Shown: positions 34,996 to 44,867 of the stretch, one piece after another | Layout of the letters: each line of letters begins with the position of its first letter | How positions within the stretch are numbered: the stretch's first letter is position 1 | Source: Candidatus Sulfomarinibacteraceae bacterium | Lineage (GTDB): Bacteria; Acidobacteriota; Thermoanaerobaculia; Thermoanaerobaculales; Sulfomarinibacteraceae | DNA length: 64,000 nt | NCBI GenBank assembly: GCA_963776765.1 | Contig: CAVZOK010000009.1 | Span: forward strand, 60,750 to 124,749 | Direction of reading: 5' to 3' | The notes under the pieces: generated by a model | The model's database searches: none | What the model saw: only the letters and a program-made list of their open reading frames with translations | Told to the model about the DNA's origin: nothing | Made by a program: the position numbers and the translations under genes

Positions 34996-35550
34996 ATGAA
35001 CACACAAACGATGGACGAGTCCATGATCTTTGCCATCGAACGGCCGGCCCCGAAACTCTTCAAGTACTACCTGCTCTCGTCGTTCGTGCTCGGACCTCTC
35101 TTCTTCATCCTTCTGATTCCACTCTACTTCCGCTATCACACTCTGCGGTACCGTTTTGACGAGGAAGGAATTTCCATGCGATGGGGGATTCTGTTCCGGC
35201 GCGAGATCAACCTCACCTACGCCCGGATCCAGGACATTCACCTGCGCTCGAACTTTGTCGAGCGCTGGCTGAATCTGGCGCGGATCGAAGTACAGACGGC
35301 CAGCGGCAGCTCTGGGGCCGAGATGACGCTCGAAGGACTGCTCGAGTTCGAGGCGATCCGCGATTACCTCTATACCCGTATGAGGGGAAGTCACGATCGG
35401 CCAAGTGCGACCGCTCGGGTTTCGGCGGCGAGTTCCGGAGACGACTCCGCGGCAATGCGGGACCTGGCCCACACTCTTCGGGAGGTCGCGGCTGAGCTGC
35501 GCGGGGTGCGCGAGGCCCTCGATAGCAGGGAACGGGGAGAATTACCGTGA
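34996..35550 (+). CDS. Bacterial PH-domain protein (YdbS-like)
   Basis: Two TM helices followed by bPH_2-like YRFDEEGISMRWGILFRREINLTYARIQDIHLRSNFVERWLNLARIEVQTA. Confidence 0.8.
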   Translation: MNTQTMDESMIFAIERPAPKLFKYYLLSSFVLGPLFFILLIPLYFRYHTLRYRFDEEGISMRWGILFRREINLTYARIQDIHLRSNFVERWLNLARIEVQTASGSSGAEMTLEGLLEFEAIRDYLYTRMRGSHDRPSATARVSAASSGDDSAAMRDLAHTLREVAAELRGVREALDSRERGELP

Positions 35551-36323
35551 TCGGGGCCGTAAAACGTCTCATGCTCCGACTCCTCAAGGTGCCGCCTGAG
35601 CCGCACCTGCCGGCCGGCACGGCCGATACCGCGAAAGTGTTTCGTGCTTCGAAGCGCTACCTTCAACTCAAGATTTTCAATTGGGGGGTGGGACAGGTTT
35701 TTACGTTTATCGGCCTGGTCGCCGCCCTCGTGGGGTTGCACTTCATCGGCACAGGCGAGATCGAGGTTTTGTCGAATGTTCCCCACCGGCCGATCATTCT
35801 GCGGATCCTGGGATGGTTCGAAGTCATCGGCGTCATCGGTTTTCTGGTCCAGCTTCCGCTATCCCTGGTGCCGGTGATCCTCGACTGGGAGTTGCGGTGG
35901 TATATCGTCACCGACCGCAGCCTGCGCATCCGTGAGGGGGTGTGGAAGGTTAGCGAGATGACCCTCACCTTCGCCAATGTGCAGGAGGTTTCGATTCGCC
36001 AGGGTCCGATTGAACGACTCTTTGGGATTGCCAACCTCAGGGTCCGTACCGCTGGCGGTGGTGGCCGGATCAACCCACAAGACCCCCAGAGCGAGGAGAA
36101 AAGCGGCCACATCGGTTATTTCCGCGGCGTCGACAACGCGCCGCAGATCCGCGACCTGATTCTCGAGCGGCTCAAATGCCTGCGCGACGCCGGCCTCGGT
36201 GACCCCGATCAGCCGCAGACCGAGATCGAAGTGGTGAAGAGCGATGGGTCATCCGTAATGACCGATGCTGCTCGTGAGCTCTTAACAGAAGCCCGCGCGC
36301 TCCGCCGGACGGTCGCCTCCTAG
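35547..36323 (+). CDS. Bacterial PH-domain protein (YdbT-like)
   Basis: GTGA overlap with the upstream gene. TM hairpin plus bPH_2-like YIVTDRSLRIREGVWKVSEMTLTFANVQEVSIRQGPIERLFGIANLRVRTAGGG. Confidence 0.8.
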   Translation: MIGAVKRLMLRLLKVPPEPHLPAGTADTAKVFRASKRYLQLKIFNWGVGQVFTFIGLVAALVGLHFIGTGEIEVLSNVPHRPIILRILGWFEVIGVIGFLVQLPLSLVPVILDWELRWYIVTDRSLRIREGVWKVSEMTLTFANVQEVSIRQGPIERLFGIANLRVRTAGGGGRINPQDPQSEEKSGHIGYFRGVDNAPQIRDLILERLKCLRDAGLGDPDQPQTEIEVVKSDGSSVMTDAARELLTEARALRRTVAS

Positions 36324-36351
36324 GCCGCCCACCAGGATTCAGGATTCAGGG
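36324..36351 (-). repeat. Box+tail: GCCGCCCACCAG + (GATTCAG)x2.3, immediately after the ydbT-like stop and left of cassette copy 2
   Basis: Read directly. The box is the reverse complement of CTGGTGGGCGG seen at 4339 and 4386. Confidence 0.85.
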
Positions 36352-36355
36352 TCAC

Positions 36356-37206
36356 TGCTGTCCAAGGCGCGGGCGACCGCGACAGGTAACAGCGGCAGTA
36401 TCTGACAGAAAGCAGCGTCAGGAAACAGCGCCAGCCATCAGCGACCGCGTCGGGGGCAGCACAACGCCGAGCCGCGGAGCGGCGACAGATGGATAGCCCG
36501 GGGTGTCAACCCCGGATCTGGCGTCAGTTTCCCGTGACGCCGGCATGATCACCTCCGGGTCGTTCAACGGGCGAGATAGCTGCCGAGTCGGCCGGTGTCA
36601 AGGGCGGGCCGGCCCGGGGCCGGTTGCTTTGCAACCCTTGACACCGGCCGACTCGCCAGCTTTGGGGAAGGCATGAACGACCCGGAGGTGACCATGTCCA
36701 ACGCTGCCACGAACCCAAACCTCATTGCCCATACGAAAGCCCTCGAAGCAGCAGGAATCGCAGTCAAGCTGGTGATGAGGGTTCCCGCTCCTCTGAAGCC
36801 GATTGCCGACCAGGTGATCCGGTCGGCAAGCTCGGTTCCAGCTAACCTCGCAGAAGGGCACGGCCGGGTCGGACGGGACCGGTCGAACCACTGGAGAATC
36901 GCCTACGCTTCGGCCAAAGAGGTCGACAGCCACTTGAAGCTCCTCGCGCACGCCGGGGCGATCAGTCAGACTGCCGCCCGTGACGTCATGAAGGCCTTCG
37001 ATCAGGTCCGTGCCATGACCTGGCGATTGCTCAACCCGAGGTCATGATTTCAGTTATATATCCCAGTCAGACTGGACGCTGTCGCTGCCGCGGCCTCTGA
37101 TCGCTGACGCTGATTGCTGTAGCTGGTGGCTGCCACTGCACCTGCCACTGCAATGCCTCCGCCAGTCAAATCTGAGTCAGCTTCCCGAGACGCTGTCTTG
37201 GACAAG
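36356..37206 (+). repeat. Repeated cassette copy 2 (~851 bp)
   Basis: See 547..1405. It is flanked on the right by (ATCCTGC)x3.4 at 37211-37234. Confidence 0.9.
36694..37047 (+). CDS. Four-helix-bundle protein (23S rRNA IVS / Avd family), copy 2
   Basis: Differs from copy 1 at 10 nucleotides: 8 synonymous, 2 conservative (K to N, I to V). Confidence 0.85.
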   Translation: MSNAATNPNLIAHTKALEAAGIAVKLVMRVPAPLKPIADQVIRSASSVPANLAEGHGRVGRDRSNHWRIAYASAKEVDSHLKLLAHAGAISQTAARDVMKAFDQVRAMTWRLLNPRS

Positions 37207-37268
37207 GGTGATCCTGCATCCTGCATCCTGCATCTTGCGTCGGAGTGTCTTGGAATTCAGCTGCTACC

Positions 37269-37856
37269 TCATGGTGAGCTTGGGTTCTCAGGGTTGATTG
37301 CCTCTATCATCACGACGCGTGAGGCACTGCCGGCGAGGTCGCGGATGATCTCGAGATCCGGCGGGAGGGCGCCCGCGACGTCAGCCCTGGCGGGACATTC
37401 GAGACATGCCAGGCTCCCAACGCCCAAAAGACCGACTTCGAAGAGCATCACCAGGACCTCGACACCCTCGCTCCAGATTTCGAACGGCGGATCGGCCCAG
37501 GCGATGTCGAAGCTGTCGCCGCGTTCTCGCAGTTCTTTGGATGCGGCGACTGCAGAGCGAACCAGAAGCTCAGCTCGATCTGAACCGAGGTTGAAAGAGG
37601 CAGCGTTCTTTTCGATCAGTTGTGCGGCAGATCGGTGTCGATCAACAAAAACCACCGACCGGGCACCGCGCGAGAGGGCCTCGAGGCCGACAGCACCTGT
37701 GCCGGCAAATAGGTCCAAGAAGCGCGAATCGATGACCCGGTCTCCGAGAACGCCAAATGCACGTTCACGCATCGAGTCCGGAGTCGGTCGCAGACCCTTG
37801 TTTTTCCCAGGCCCCTGCAGTCGCCGTGATCGCCACTCTCCGGCGGTGATTCTCAC
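37269..37856 (-). CDS. rsmD: 16S rRNA (guanine966-N2)-methyltransferase
   Basis: LRPTPDSMRERAFGVL, DLFAGTGAVGLEALSRGA, ADPPF. The GTG start overlaps the upstream stop (GTGA). Confidence 0.85.
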   Translation of the reverse strand: MRITAGEWRSRRLQGPGKNKGLRPTPDSMRERAFGVLGDRVIDSRFLDLFAGTGAVGLEALSRGARSVVFVDRHRSAAQLIEKNAASFNLGSDRAELLVRSAVAASKELRERGDSFDIAWADPPFEIWSEGVEVLVMLFEVGLLGVGSLACLECPARADVAGALPPDLEIIRDLAGSASRVVMIEAINPENPSSP

Positions 37857-38488
37857 GGATCGTTTTCCACGACGCGGAGAATGACCTGGTCACGCGTGTC
37901 CGGCGGAACCGCCTCACGGATATAGGTCAGATCGTGCTCGAGCATCAGCAGACCTTCTTCCCACACCTCGATCACGGTCGCGGTGGTGCCGTTCATCATC
38001 TCGACCCGATCGCCCTTTTTTGGTTTCCAGGTCCGCAAGGCTTCGGCCGACGGGCTGGCTTCGAGAACCTGGAGCTGGAGGTCATCGAGGGCTCCCTGAA
38101 TTCTCCCGAGCGGCAGCTTGACGATAGACATCGGTGAGAAGCGGATCAGCCGTGGCGCGTCGGGCCCGACGTGCAGCGAGATGATGACTTCAGCCTCTGA
38201 CGTGGCGACCCGCGAGGTGACCGGTTGCTCGTCGAGCTCTGCGGCGGCGGTATGGAAGGCCCCCAGATAAACCATGTACTGGTTTTCGGGAATCGTAATA
38301 CGGCGCATGAAATCCTGTACGCCGCCATGTCGCGTGGTGACCACCACGACGCGGTTTGAAAAGAGCGAAACCCGGGTCGCGACCTCTCCTTGAGTGACAG
38401 TTCTTTCTACGACCGGAACAGGCGCCTGGCCCGAGGCGGTGGATGAAGCCATCACGAGGACAGCCGACAGCAGGGTGCGGACGGTCAT
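37853..38488 (-). CDS. Secreted hypothetical protein
   Basis: Signal peptide MTVRTLLSAVLVMASSTASGQA. ATGA overlap with the upstream gene and GTGA overlap with rsmD. Confidence 0.6.
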   Translation of the reverse strand: MTVRTLLSAVLVMASSTASGQAPVPVVERTVTQGEVATRVSLFSNRVVVVTTRHGGVQDFMRRITIPENQYMVYLGAFHTAAAELDEQPVTSRVATSEAEVIISLHVGPDAPRLIRFSPMSIVKLPLGRIQGALDDLQLQVLEASPSAEALRTWKPKKGDRVEMMNGTTATVIEVWEEGLLMLEHDLTYIREAVPPDTRDQVILRVVENDP

Positions 38489-41124
38489 ACGCTCATCTCC
38501 ACCTCGAGGGAACGAGCCGTCTGTAGGGCCCACCCGAGCGCCTCGTCGGGCGCGATCATGTCATCGATCAACGCGTCGCGGGTCAATCTGAGGGCGCGAC
38601 CGATGTGGGGCCCCGGCGAAACGCCTCCATCGAGGAGGTCCTGCCCACTCACCGGCAGCTGCACTCGTACCGCGGCGACCGCCGCAAGCGCCAAGCTGCG
38701 CCGGGCCTGCAAGGGGAGATCGGACATCGCAAGCAGAAGGGCCTCTGTCGGGTGCTGCTCGACGACCTGTGCCTGTTGTGAAAGCGACAATCCGGAATTG
38801 GTCGCCGTCTTGATCTCTCCGACTGCTGCAGGTAAGGCGAGAAAAAGATCGCGGGTCGGACCTCCAAGCTGGAGGCGTTGGACAAGGTCATTTATCACGC
38901 CTTTCCCGGAGGTAAGCGCCAATCCGCTGAGAAACAGGACCCAGGGCTCCGGCGGCGTACCCATCTGCTCGAGTTGATACCAGGCGAGCTGACCTTCGAT
39001 TTCCATCAGGTAGCTGCGCGCCTCTTCTGACCACTTGAGATCGGGGCAGATTGCCGGCAGCAGACCGAGGTCGGCGATAAGGGCGAGTGCAGGCGTTGGG
39101 TGCGGCTCGGCGAGGAGAATCTCGAGTTCCCGCTGCAGGCGCTGTCCGGAGAGACGTTCAAATACGCGTTCCTCGAGGGCGGTAGAGATCAGATTGCGGG
39201 TGTCGGAAGCGATCGTGAAACCGAGTCTGCGGGCATATCGTACGGCTCGTAGGGCGCGAGTCGGGTCGTCGATGAAGGAGAGCGAATGGAGGACTCTGAT
39301 CTCTTGTCTCTGAAGGTCCATACGGCCGCCAAAGAAATCAACCAATTCGCCGTAGCGTTCGCCGGAGAGCACGACAGCCAGCGAATTCATGGTGAAATCA
39401 CGGCGGTAGAGGTCCTGGCGGATCAACGACGTTGCGACCTCTGGAAGTGCTGCCGGAGTGCGGTAAAACTCGGTACGCGCCGATGCTACGTCGATTCGCA
39501 GGCCATCGGGAAGCGTGATGACTGCGGTCAAAAACGGCAGGTGGGGATGGGCACGGCCATCCAGGACCTCGGCGAGTGCCTCGGCGAAGGCAATGCCGTC
39601 GCCTTCCACTACAAGGTCCACGTCCTCGTTGGCGCGCTCGAGAAGCATATCCCTCACCATGCCTCCGACGAGATAGACGGAGGCACCAAGCCGGTCCGCG
39701 ACCTCCCGCGCGGCAGCGATCAGGCGCTGCACCCAGGGGGGCGAGACCTCACGCAGAATTCGAGAGATCGGTTGACTTGTCGGGCGGGTGCCAGCCATGC
39801 GGTGGTCGAGGGTAGAGCCCGCAGCGTGCTGGTGCTCGAAAAGACGGCGGAAGAGCTCCATTCGCGTGATGATTCCGGCTGGACGGCCGGCCTCGTCGAC
39901 GATCACGAAACGGTAGGAGCGCTCGAGAAAGAGATCGCGGAGTTCGTCGAGCGGAGTCACTGCCGAAACGACTGGCAGATCGGGTTGCATGATGGCGCTC
40001 ACCGGTCGGCCGCCCATACTGTGACTGAGAGCGCGGTCGAGGATCTGGCGGGTGACCAGACCGATCAGCTCACCGGATTGACTGTCGCGAACCGGTAGCG
40101 CATTGACCCGTAGTTGATTGATACGGTCCTTCGTCTCCTCGACGTCGTTGGTGTCATCGACTGAAAAGATGGTGCGGACTGCGATGTCGATCGCGGTGAT
40201 TGGCGGCGGCATTTCGACCGCGAGTGTTTCGAGAAGTGTCTCCCTGAGCTCGACCGGCATCATCCCGGTGACTCGGGCCGAAGCGGCAGTCGGGTGACCG
40301 CCGCCGCCGAATCGTTGCGCCACTCTACCGACGTGGAGGCCTGGGAGGCGAGAGCGCAGGATGAGGTTGATGTTCGGGGGATTGACCAACATCACCGCGC
40401 CGACCGCAATTTCGAAAATCTCGATCCACCGGTGGACCACGAAGGCCGCTTCTTCGTAGTAATGGTCAACCTCGATCATCGATAGCGCCACTGGGGAACC
40501 GGCCACCATCGCCTCTTCGGTTGCCTCGACCATCGAATTCAGGAGTTCGAGCTGCTCGGGCTGGAGAGCTTTCAGTACCCATCGTCGGACCCACTCGAGC
40601 GACGCTTTGTTTTCCAGGAGCCAGGCGCTGACGCGAAGATCTTCGGGGGTCGTCTCACGGTAGGAGAGACCGCCTGTATCTTCGTAGATGCCCATCAAAA
40701 GCAGGGTCGCTTCCTCGCTGGTTGGCTCGATCCCTCGTTCGCGGAAGAGCTCGGCGACGATCGTGCAGGTGGCGCCAACCGGACGTTCGAAGATCTCCTC
40801 AGCAGAAATGTCGTCTGCGTCTTCCTCCATGTGGTGATCGATCAGAGTCACCGGGCATTGGTCCCGCTGCATGAGATCGTAGACTTCTCCGAGCCGCGAC
40901 GGGCTCCTTGTATCGACCACCACCGCGTGCTCGATCTTTTCCGTGCGGGCGCGTCGCAGCCTGATCTCGGGATAACTGACTTCGGATTCAGCGAGGAATC
41001 GGCGAACCGCCACCTCCTGGGAACCGGGAAAGAGGACTTTTGAACCTGGAAAGAGCCGTACCGAGCACACCGCTGCTGCAAATGCATCGAAATCTGCCGA
41101 AAGATGGGTCGTGATGATCCTCAC
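38485..41124 (-). CDS. DHH/DHHA1 phosphoesterase - CBS pair - tRNA nucleotidyltransferase/poly(A) polymerase fusion (CCA-adding-enzyme family)
   Basis: IITTHLSADFDAF and IDHH (DHH). A CBS region. VYLVGGMVRDMLL...DVDLVV (nucleotidyltransferase head). Start is uncertain: GTG 41124 is preferred, and the ORF is open to TTG 41196. Confidence 0.8.
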   Translation of the reverse strand: MRIITTHLSADFDAFAAAVCSVRLFPGSKVLFPGSQEVAVRRFLAESEVSYPEIRLRRARTEKIEHAVVVDTRSPSRLGEVYDLMQRDQCPVTLIDHHMEEDADDISAEEIFERPVGATCTIVAELFRERGIEPTSEEATLLLMGIYEDTGGLSYRETTPEDLRVSAWLLENKASLEWVRRWVLKALQPEQLELLNSMVEATEEAMVAGSPVALSMIEVDHYYEEAAFVVHRWIEIFEIAVGAVMLVNPPNINLILRSRLPGLHVGRVAQRFGGGGHPTAASARVTGMMPVELRETLLETLAVEMPPPITAIDIAVRTIFSVDDTNDVEETKDRINQLRVNALPVRDSQSGELIGLVTRQILDRALSHSMGGRPVSAIMQPDLPVVSAVTPLDELRDLFLERSYRFVIVDEAGRPAGIITRMELFRRLFEHQHAAGSTLDHRMAGTRPTSQPISRILREVSPPWVQRLIAAAREVADRLGASVYLVGGMVRDMLLERANEDVDLVVEGDGIAFAEALAEVLDGRAHPHLPFLTAVITLPDGLRIDVASARTEFYRTPAALPEVATSLIRQDLYRRDFTMNSLAVVLSGERYGELVDFFGGRMDLQRQEIRVLHSLSFIDDPTRALRAVRYARRLGFTIASDTRNLISTALEERVFERLSGQRLQRELEILLAEPHPTPALALIADLGLLPAICPDLKWSEEARSYLMEIEGQLAWYQLEQMGTPPEPWVLFLSGLALTSGKGVINDLVQRLQLGGPTRDLFLALPAAVGEIKTATNSGLSLSQQAQVVEQHPTEALLLAMSDLPLQARRSLALAAVAAVRVQLPVSGQDLLDGGVSPGPHIGRALRLTRDALIDDMIAPDEALGWALQTARSLEVEMSV

Positions 41125-41198
41125 GCGCCCATTGTATTGAATTCGAGCCTTTTGCGAGCATTGTCTTGCAACCGTGCCCGTTCCCGATGGCGACAAAT

Positions 41199-41317
41199 GC
41201 TATACGGCAGTACGGCTATACGGGTGGACGGCTATTTGGCCCACGCTTTTTGCAACGCGGACGCCAAGCGGAATCCTTTCGCTGTATAGCCGCATAGCCG
41301 CATAGCCGCATAGCCGT
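41199..41317. repeat. Palindromic element with 8-mer-built arms (CTATACGG / CATAGCCG)
   Basis: Arms are 41199-41235 and 41282-41317, about one mismatch per unit, with a 46-nt centre. Confidence 0.9.
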
Positions 41318-41400
41318 TGGGCCTCAATGGTCGGCAGATCGAATAAGTCCGATGATGCGCGGCGGAGAAACCCAACTCGGGACCTTTTCGTACTTCTCCC

Positions 41401-42792
41401 ATGCGCCGCCTTTTCATCTTTCTGGTAGTTTTCTTTGTTGCCACTTCCGCCGCAGCCGAAATCGAGCCACTCCAGGTTCCGATCGGTGAGATGGTCGAGG
41501 GCATAACCTGCCATTCCGATCCCACGCAGACATATACGCTCTACATTCCGTCGGCTTATACCAGAGATCGTCGGTTGCCGGTGCTGTTGGTCTTCGATCC
41601 GCGTGGGCGGTCATTGCTCGCAGCCGAGCTCTTTCGCGACGCGGCCGAAACCTATGGTTGGATCATCGTCAGCTCTGACAACACCCGTTCCGACGGGTCC
41701 TGGGAGCCCAACCTGGCTGCGATCAAGGCCCTGTGGTCAGAAGTTCACACTCGCATTCCGGCCGACTTCAGGCGTGTGTATGCGACCGGATTCTCCGGCA
41801 CCGTCGCGGTGGCGACTCTACTTGCGAGATCGACGGGAGAGGTGGCCGGGATCATCGGTTGCGGCGGACTGAACATGGATAACCATTTCGATGACAGCAC
41901 TCTACCTTTCTTCTCAACGGCGGGCGATACCGACTTCAACTTCAGCGAAATGCACCGCCTGGATGAGTTCTTGGCTGAGCAGGGCAACCCACATAGGTTG
42001 GTGATCTTCGAAGGGCCTCACACCTGGATGCCACCGGCTGTGGCCCGCGAGGCAATTGAGTGGATGGAGCTCATTGCCATACAACAGGGGACTCGAGAAC
42101 GTGATCAGGAATTGATCGATGAGCTGTATGACGCGGACCTGGAAAGGGCGCGAGGGCTGGCCGCAGACGGTCGAGCGGTTGTCGCGGCAAGGCGATTCCG
42201 AGAAATGGAGCACACGTACGAAGATCTCCACGAAATCTCCGAGGCGAAGGAATCGGCAAAACGGATCGAGGCAGGTGACGAACACCGCCTTCAGCTCAAA
42301 AAGGCAAAGCGCGCTCGGGGATTTGAGGACAAATGTCTGGAGCGAAGGAACGCCGAACTCACGCTTTTGCGCAACTCCGATGTTCCGCCGCCGACCGCTC
42401 AGATTGCCGGCAATCTCCACATCAAGGATCTGATGCGAACCGCTCGCGATTCGGACGAAGAAGGTCTGGCGGCCCAGCGCTGTCTCAACGGCCTGTATTC
42501 GGCGCTGTCGTTCTATCTGCCGCTGGGAGAGCTGCCCGGCGGCCGTTACGCGCAGGTTGCCGCGTCGTACGAGTTGTCGCTCATGATCCGTGATGACAAC
42601 CCGGTCGTTTGGTACAACCTGGCCTGTTCAAGGGCGCAGCTCGGCCAGAAAAACGACGCGATGGAAGCGTTGGAAAAGGCGGTGGAGAGGGGATTCAGCA
42701 ATACCGAACTACTGGGAAGCGACACCGATCTCGACCCGTTGCGCAAGCGGGAGGACTTTAAAGCGTTTCTGGCAACCGTTTCCGCTTCATAA
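41401..42792 (+). CDS. Secreted esterase-like alpha/beta-hydrolase with C-terminal TPR region
   Basis: Has a signal peptide. PVLLVFDPRG...GFSGT is an esterase-like core. The C-terminus VWYNLACSRAQLGQKNDAMEALEKAVERGF...DPLRKREDFKAFL is TPR-like. Confidence 0.65.
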   Translation: MRRLFIFLVVFFVATSAAAEIEPLQVPIGEMVEGITCHSDPTQTYTLYIPSAYTRDRRLPVLLVFDPRGRSLLAAELFRDAAETYGWIIVSSDNTRSDGSWEPNLAAIKALWSEVHTRIPADFRRVYATGFSGTVAVATLLARSTGEVAGIIGCGGLNMDNHFDDSTLPFFSTAGDTDFNFSEMHRLDEFLAEQGNPHRLVIFEGPHTWMPPAVAREAIEWMELIAIQQGTRERDQELIDELYDADLERARGLAADGRAVVAARRFREMEHTYEDLHEISEAKESAKRIEAGDEHRLQLKKAKRARGFEDKCLERRNAELTLLRNSDVPPPTAQIAGNLHIKDLMRTARDSDEEGLAAQRCLNGLYSALSFYLPLGELPGGRYAQVAASYELSLMIRDDNPVVWYNLACSRAQLGQKNDAMEALEKAVERGFSNTELLGSDTDLDPLRKREDFKAFLATVSAS

Positions 42793-43688
42793 CAACGGCT
42801 GAATCACAGAGGCACAGAGGACACAGAGAGAGCACAGAGCCATCACCCACCCCAAGAGCCCACAGATCACCCAGATAGACCCAGAACCGCTCGCCCACCC
42901 AGGAGAACCACCAAGGCACCAAGACACCAAGGAAAAAGAAAAGGCAAAACGCTGCACCGCTATCCCGGACAAGACTGCCCACAGATCACACAGATAGACC
43001 CAGATTCAGTCACTCATCCCAACAAACCGCGAAGAACGCAAAGCCCGCAAAGAAGCGGACGCTGAGCCTGAAAGGCGGTCGAGCATATTGACGGCAGAAC
43101 GACAGGCGATCGGATCGCCTGTCACCGGTGTAAAGCCGGCCACCTCCGAAAGCGGGCTTTCCTCGATGTCCGACTTCACACCGGCCGACGTGCTCGAAGC
43201 ACGTCGGTTCTACCTCGGCCCGAATCTCCCCCAACCATCAAATAGGAAGAGATGTGGCGAGACCTGCGCTCTTCGAGAGCGCAGGTCACTGGGCCGGAAG
43301 ACCGGCACGAGAGCTCGCTTTCGAAACGGTTTTCCGGCCCAGTGACCCCGAGTCCGTCGTTTGACGGCCACGAGGTTTCGCCGAAAGACGTCAAAAGACA
43401 CATGCCTCCGTTAGACATTCGGGACCTCGCCGCATGAAGAAATTCAGAAAACCTCTCTCTGCGTCTCCGCGACTCTGCGTCTCTGCGTTAAGGGGTGCGT
43501 GTGCGGATCTGGGTCTATCTGGGTGATCTGTGGGAATTATCAGATCGCTGGAATGCTCGGGGCCGAAGGTAGATACGGTGATTCGATCCAACCGGTAAAC
43601 TCCATCTGCGTCTATCTGCGAGATCTGCGGTTTTTCGGGTGGAATGCCAAGCTCTGTGTTCTCTGTGCCTCTGTGGTTCTTCGAGCGT
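42793..43688. repeat. ~900-bp gene-free region: nested inverted arrays of short tandem repeats around a hairpin-dense ~380-nt core
   Basis: (CACAGAG)n at 42805-42841 pairs with 43649-43679. GCCCACAGATCACCCAGATAGACCCAGA at 42858-42888 pairs with 43506-43533. Further arrays lie at 42908-42932, 42977-43009, 43021-43058, 43453-43490 and 43604-43630. Confidence 0.9.
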
Positions 43689-44867
43689 TTAGGCCTCGGA
43701 CAGAATCCGCAGCGCTTCATCGCGGTTCTCAAGCGACTCCGCCTTGCCCTGAAAAATGGTACCGCGACCGCCACCGCGGCCTCCTAGAACCGAGGCGATC
43801 TCCGGGCCGGCCTCTTCGAGGTGCAGACCAGAGGACTCGCCGGCAACGACAACGAAAATCCCGCCGTCATTGCTTTCCGATGTCAGCAAGGCCTTTCGCT
43901 CCGGCGCCGCTTTTACGATGGATCGACCGACCCGTTGCAAAAACACCATGTCGCGGTCTTGCCAGTGAGCGTCCAGCAGAGGAGATGCATCCGCGCACAA
44001 GGCTGCTGCTGCAGCGTCGGCGAGTTCCTCGCCCAGTCGACGGACGGTGCGGGCGAGCTCTTTTTCCCGATCCAACCGCAACGAGACCACCTCGGGAAGC
44101 TGTTCGTCTGCGGTATCGAGCAGTGACCGGAGGTGTCGATTGCGATCCTCGTGGGTAGCCATGCGTCGCCGAACGCGGTCTCCGGCAACGAAGAACAAAC
44201 GGGTTCCGCCACGCATGGGTTCGGTCCCGAGGAGGCACAACAACCCGATTTCCGCTGTGGATCGGCAGTGGGTGCCACCGCAGGTATTGAGATCGAGGCC
44301 TTCAATGTCGACCAGCCGGACTGCACCCTCGAAACCTTCGGGCAGACGACGTGACCGCACGCCGAGGTCTTCAAAATCGCTGACTTCAGCGCTTCGGTAG
44401 GTTACTTTCCGGGCGGCGGTGATTTCCTTGGCAACTGCCTCCTCCAACCGGTCGAGATCGTCTCGATCGAGGCTCGGTACGTCGAGCTCGATGTCGCTCC
44501 ACTCGGCTCCAAGGTGGAAAGCGGTCGTTCTCCAGCTGAAATCTCCGAGGGCGACGGCGGTGAGCACGTGCTGGGCGGTGTGTTGCTGCATGTGGTCCCA
44601 ACGTCGAGCCCAGTCGAGCTTCAGTTGTACCGTTCCCTTGGCCACCGGCTGCGACAGGTAGTGGCGAATCTCGTCTTCGCGTTTTTGCACATCGACCACT
44701 TCGGCGTCACCAAGGCGCCCGTGGTCGGCCGGCTGTCCGCCGCCCTCAGGGTAGAAGAGAGTGTTCGTGAGGACTGCATAAGGCAAGCCGCTCTCTTCGC
44801 CGACTGCCTCGACATCGGATGTGAGCTCGGTGAGGTATGAGTCGTTGTGAAAAACGGATTCACTCAT
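43689..44867 (-). CDS. Alanyl-tRNA editing protein (AlaX-L type, with DHHA1-like C-terminus)
   Basis: LFYPEGGGQPAD, MQQHTAQHVL, CGGTHC zinc/editing motifs. The ATG overlaps the upstream ggt stop (ATGA). Confidence 0.85.
   Translation of the reverse strand: MSESVFHNDSYLTELTSDVEAVGEESGLPYAVLTNTLFYPEGGGQPADHGRLGDAEVVDVQKREDEIRHYLSQPVAKGTVQLKLDWARRWDHMQQHTAQHVLTAVALGDFSWRTTAFHLGAEWSDIELDVPSLDRDDLDRLEEAVAKEITAARKVTYRSAEVSDFEDLGVRSRRLPEGFEGAVRLVDIEGLDLNTCGGTHCRSTAEIGLLCLLGTEPMRGGTRLFFVAGDRVRRRMATHEDRNRHLRSLLDTADEQLPEVVSLRLDREKELARTVRRLGEELADAAAAALCADASPLLDAHWQDRDMVFLQRVGRSIVKAAPERKALLTSESNDGGIFVVVAGESSGLHLEEAGPEIASVLGGRGGGRGTIFQGKAESLENRDEALRILSEA

Noticed and set aside
43088-43345. 85-aa ORF in the hairpin-dense core as a real gene
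   Set aside because: It has a TTG start and no RBS. The second half is Arg-rich and overlaps perfect 9-11-bp hairpins. Only the first about 20 residues after an internal Met look protein-like, so it is treated at most as a gene relic.
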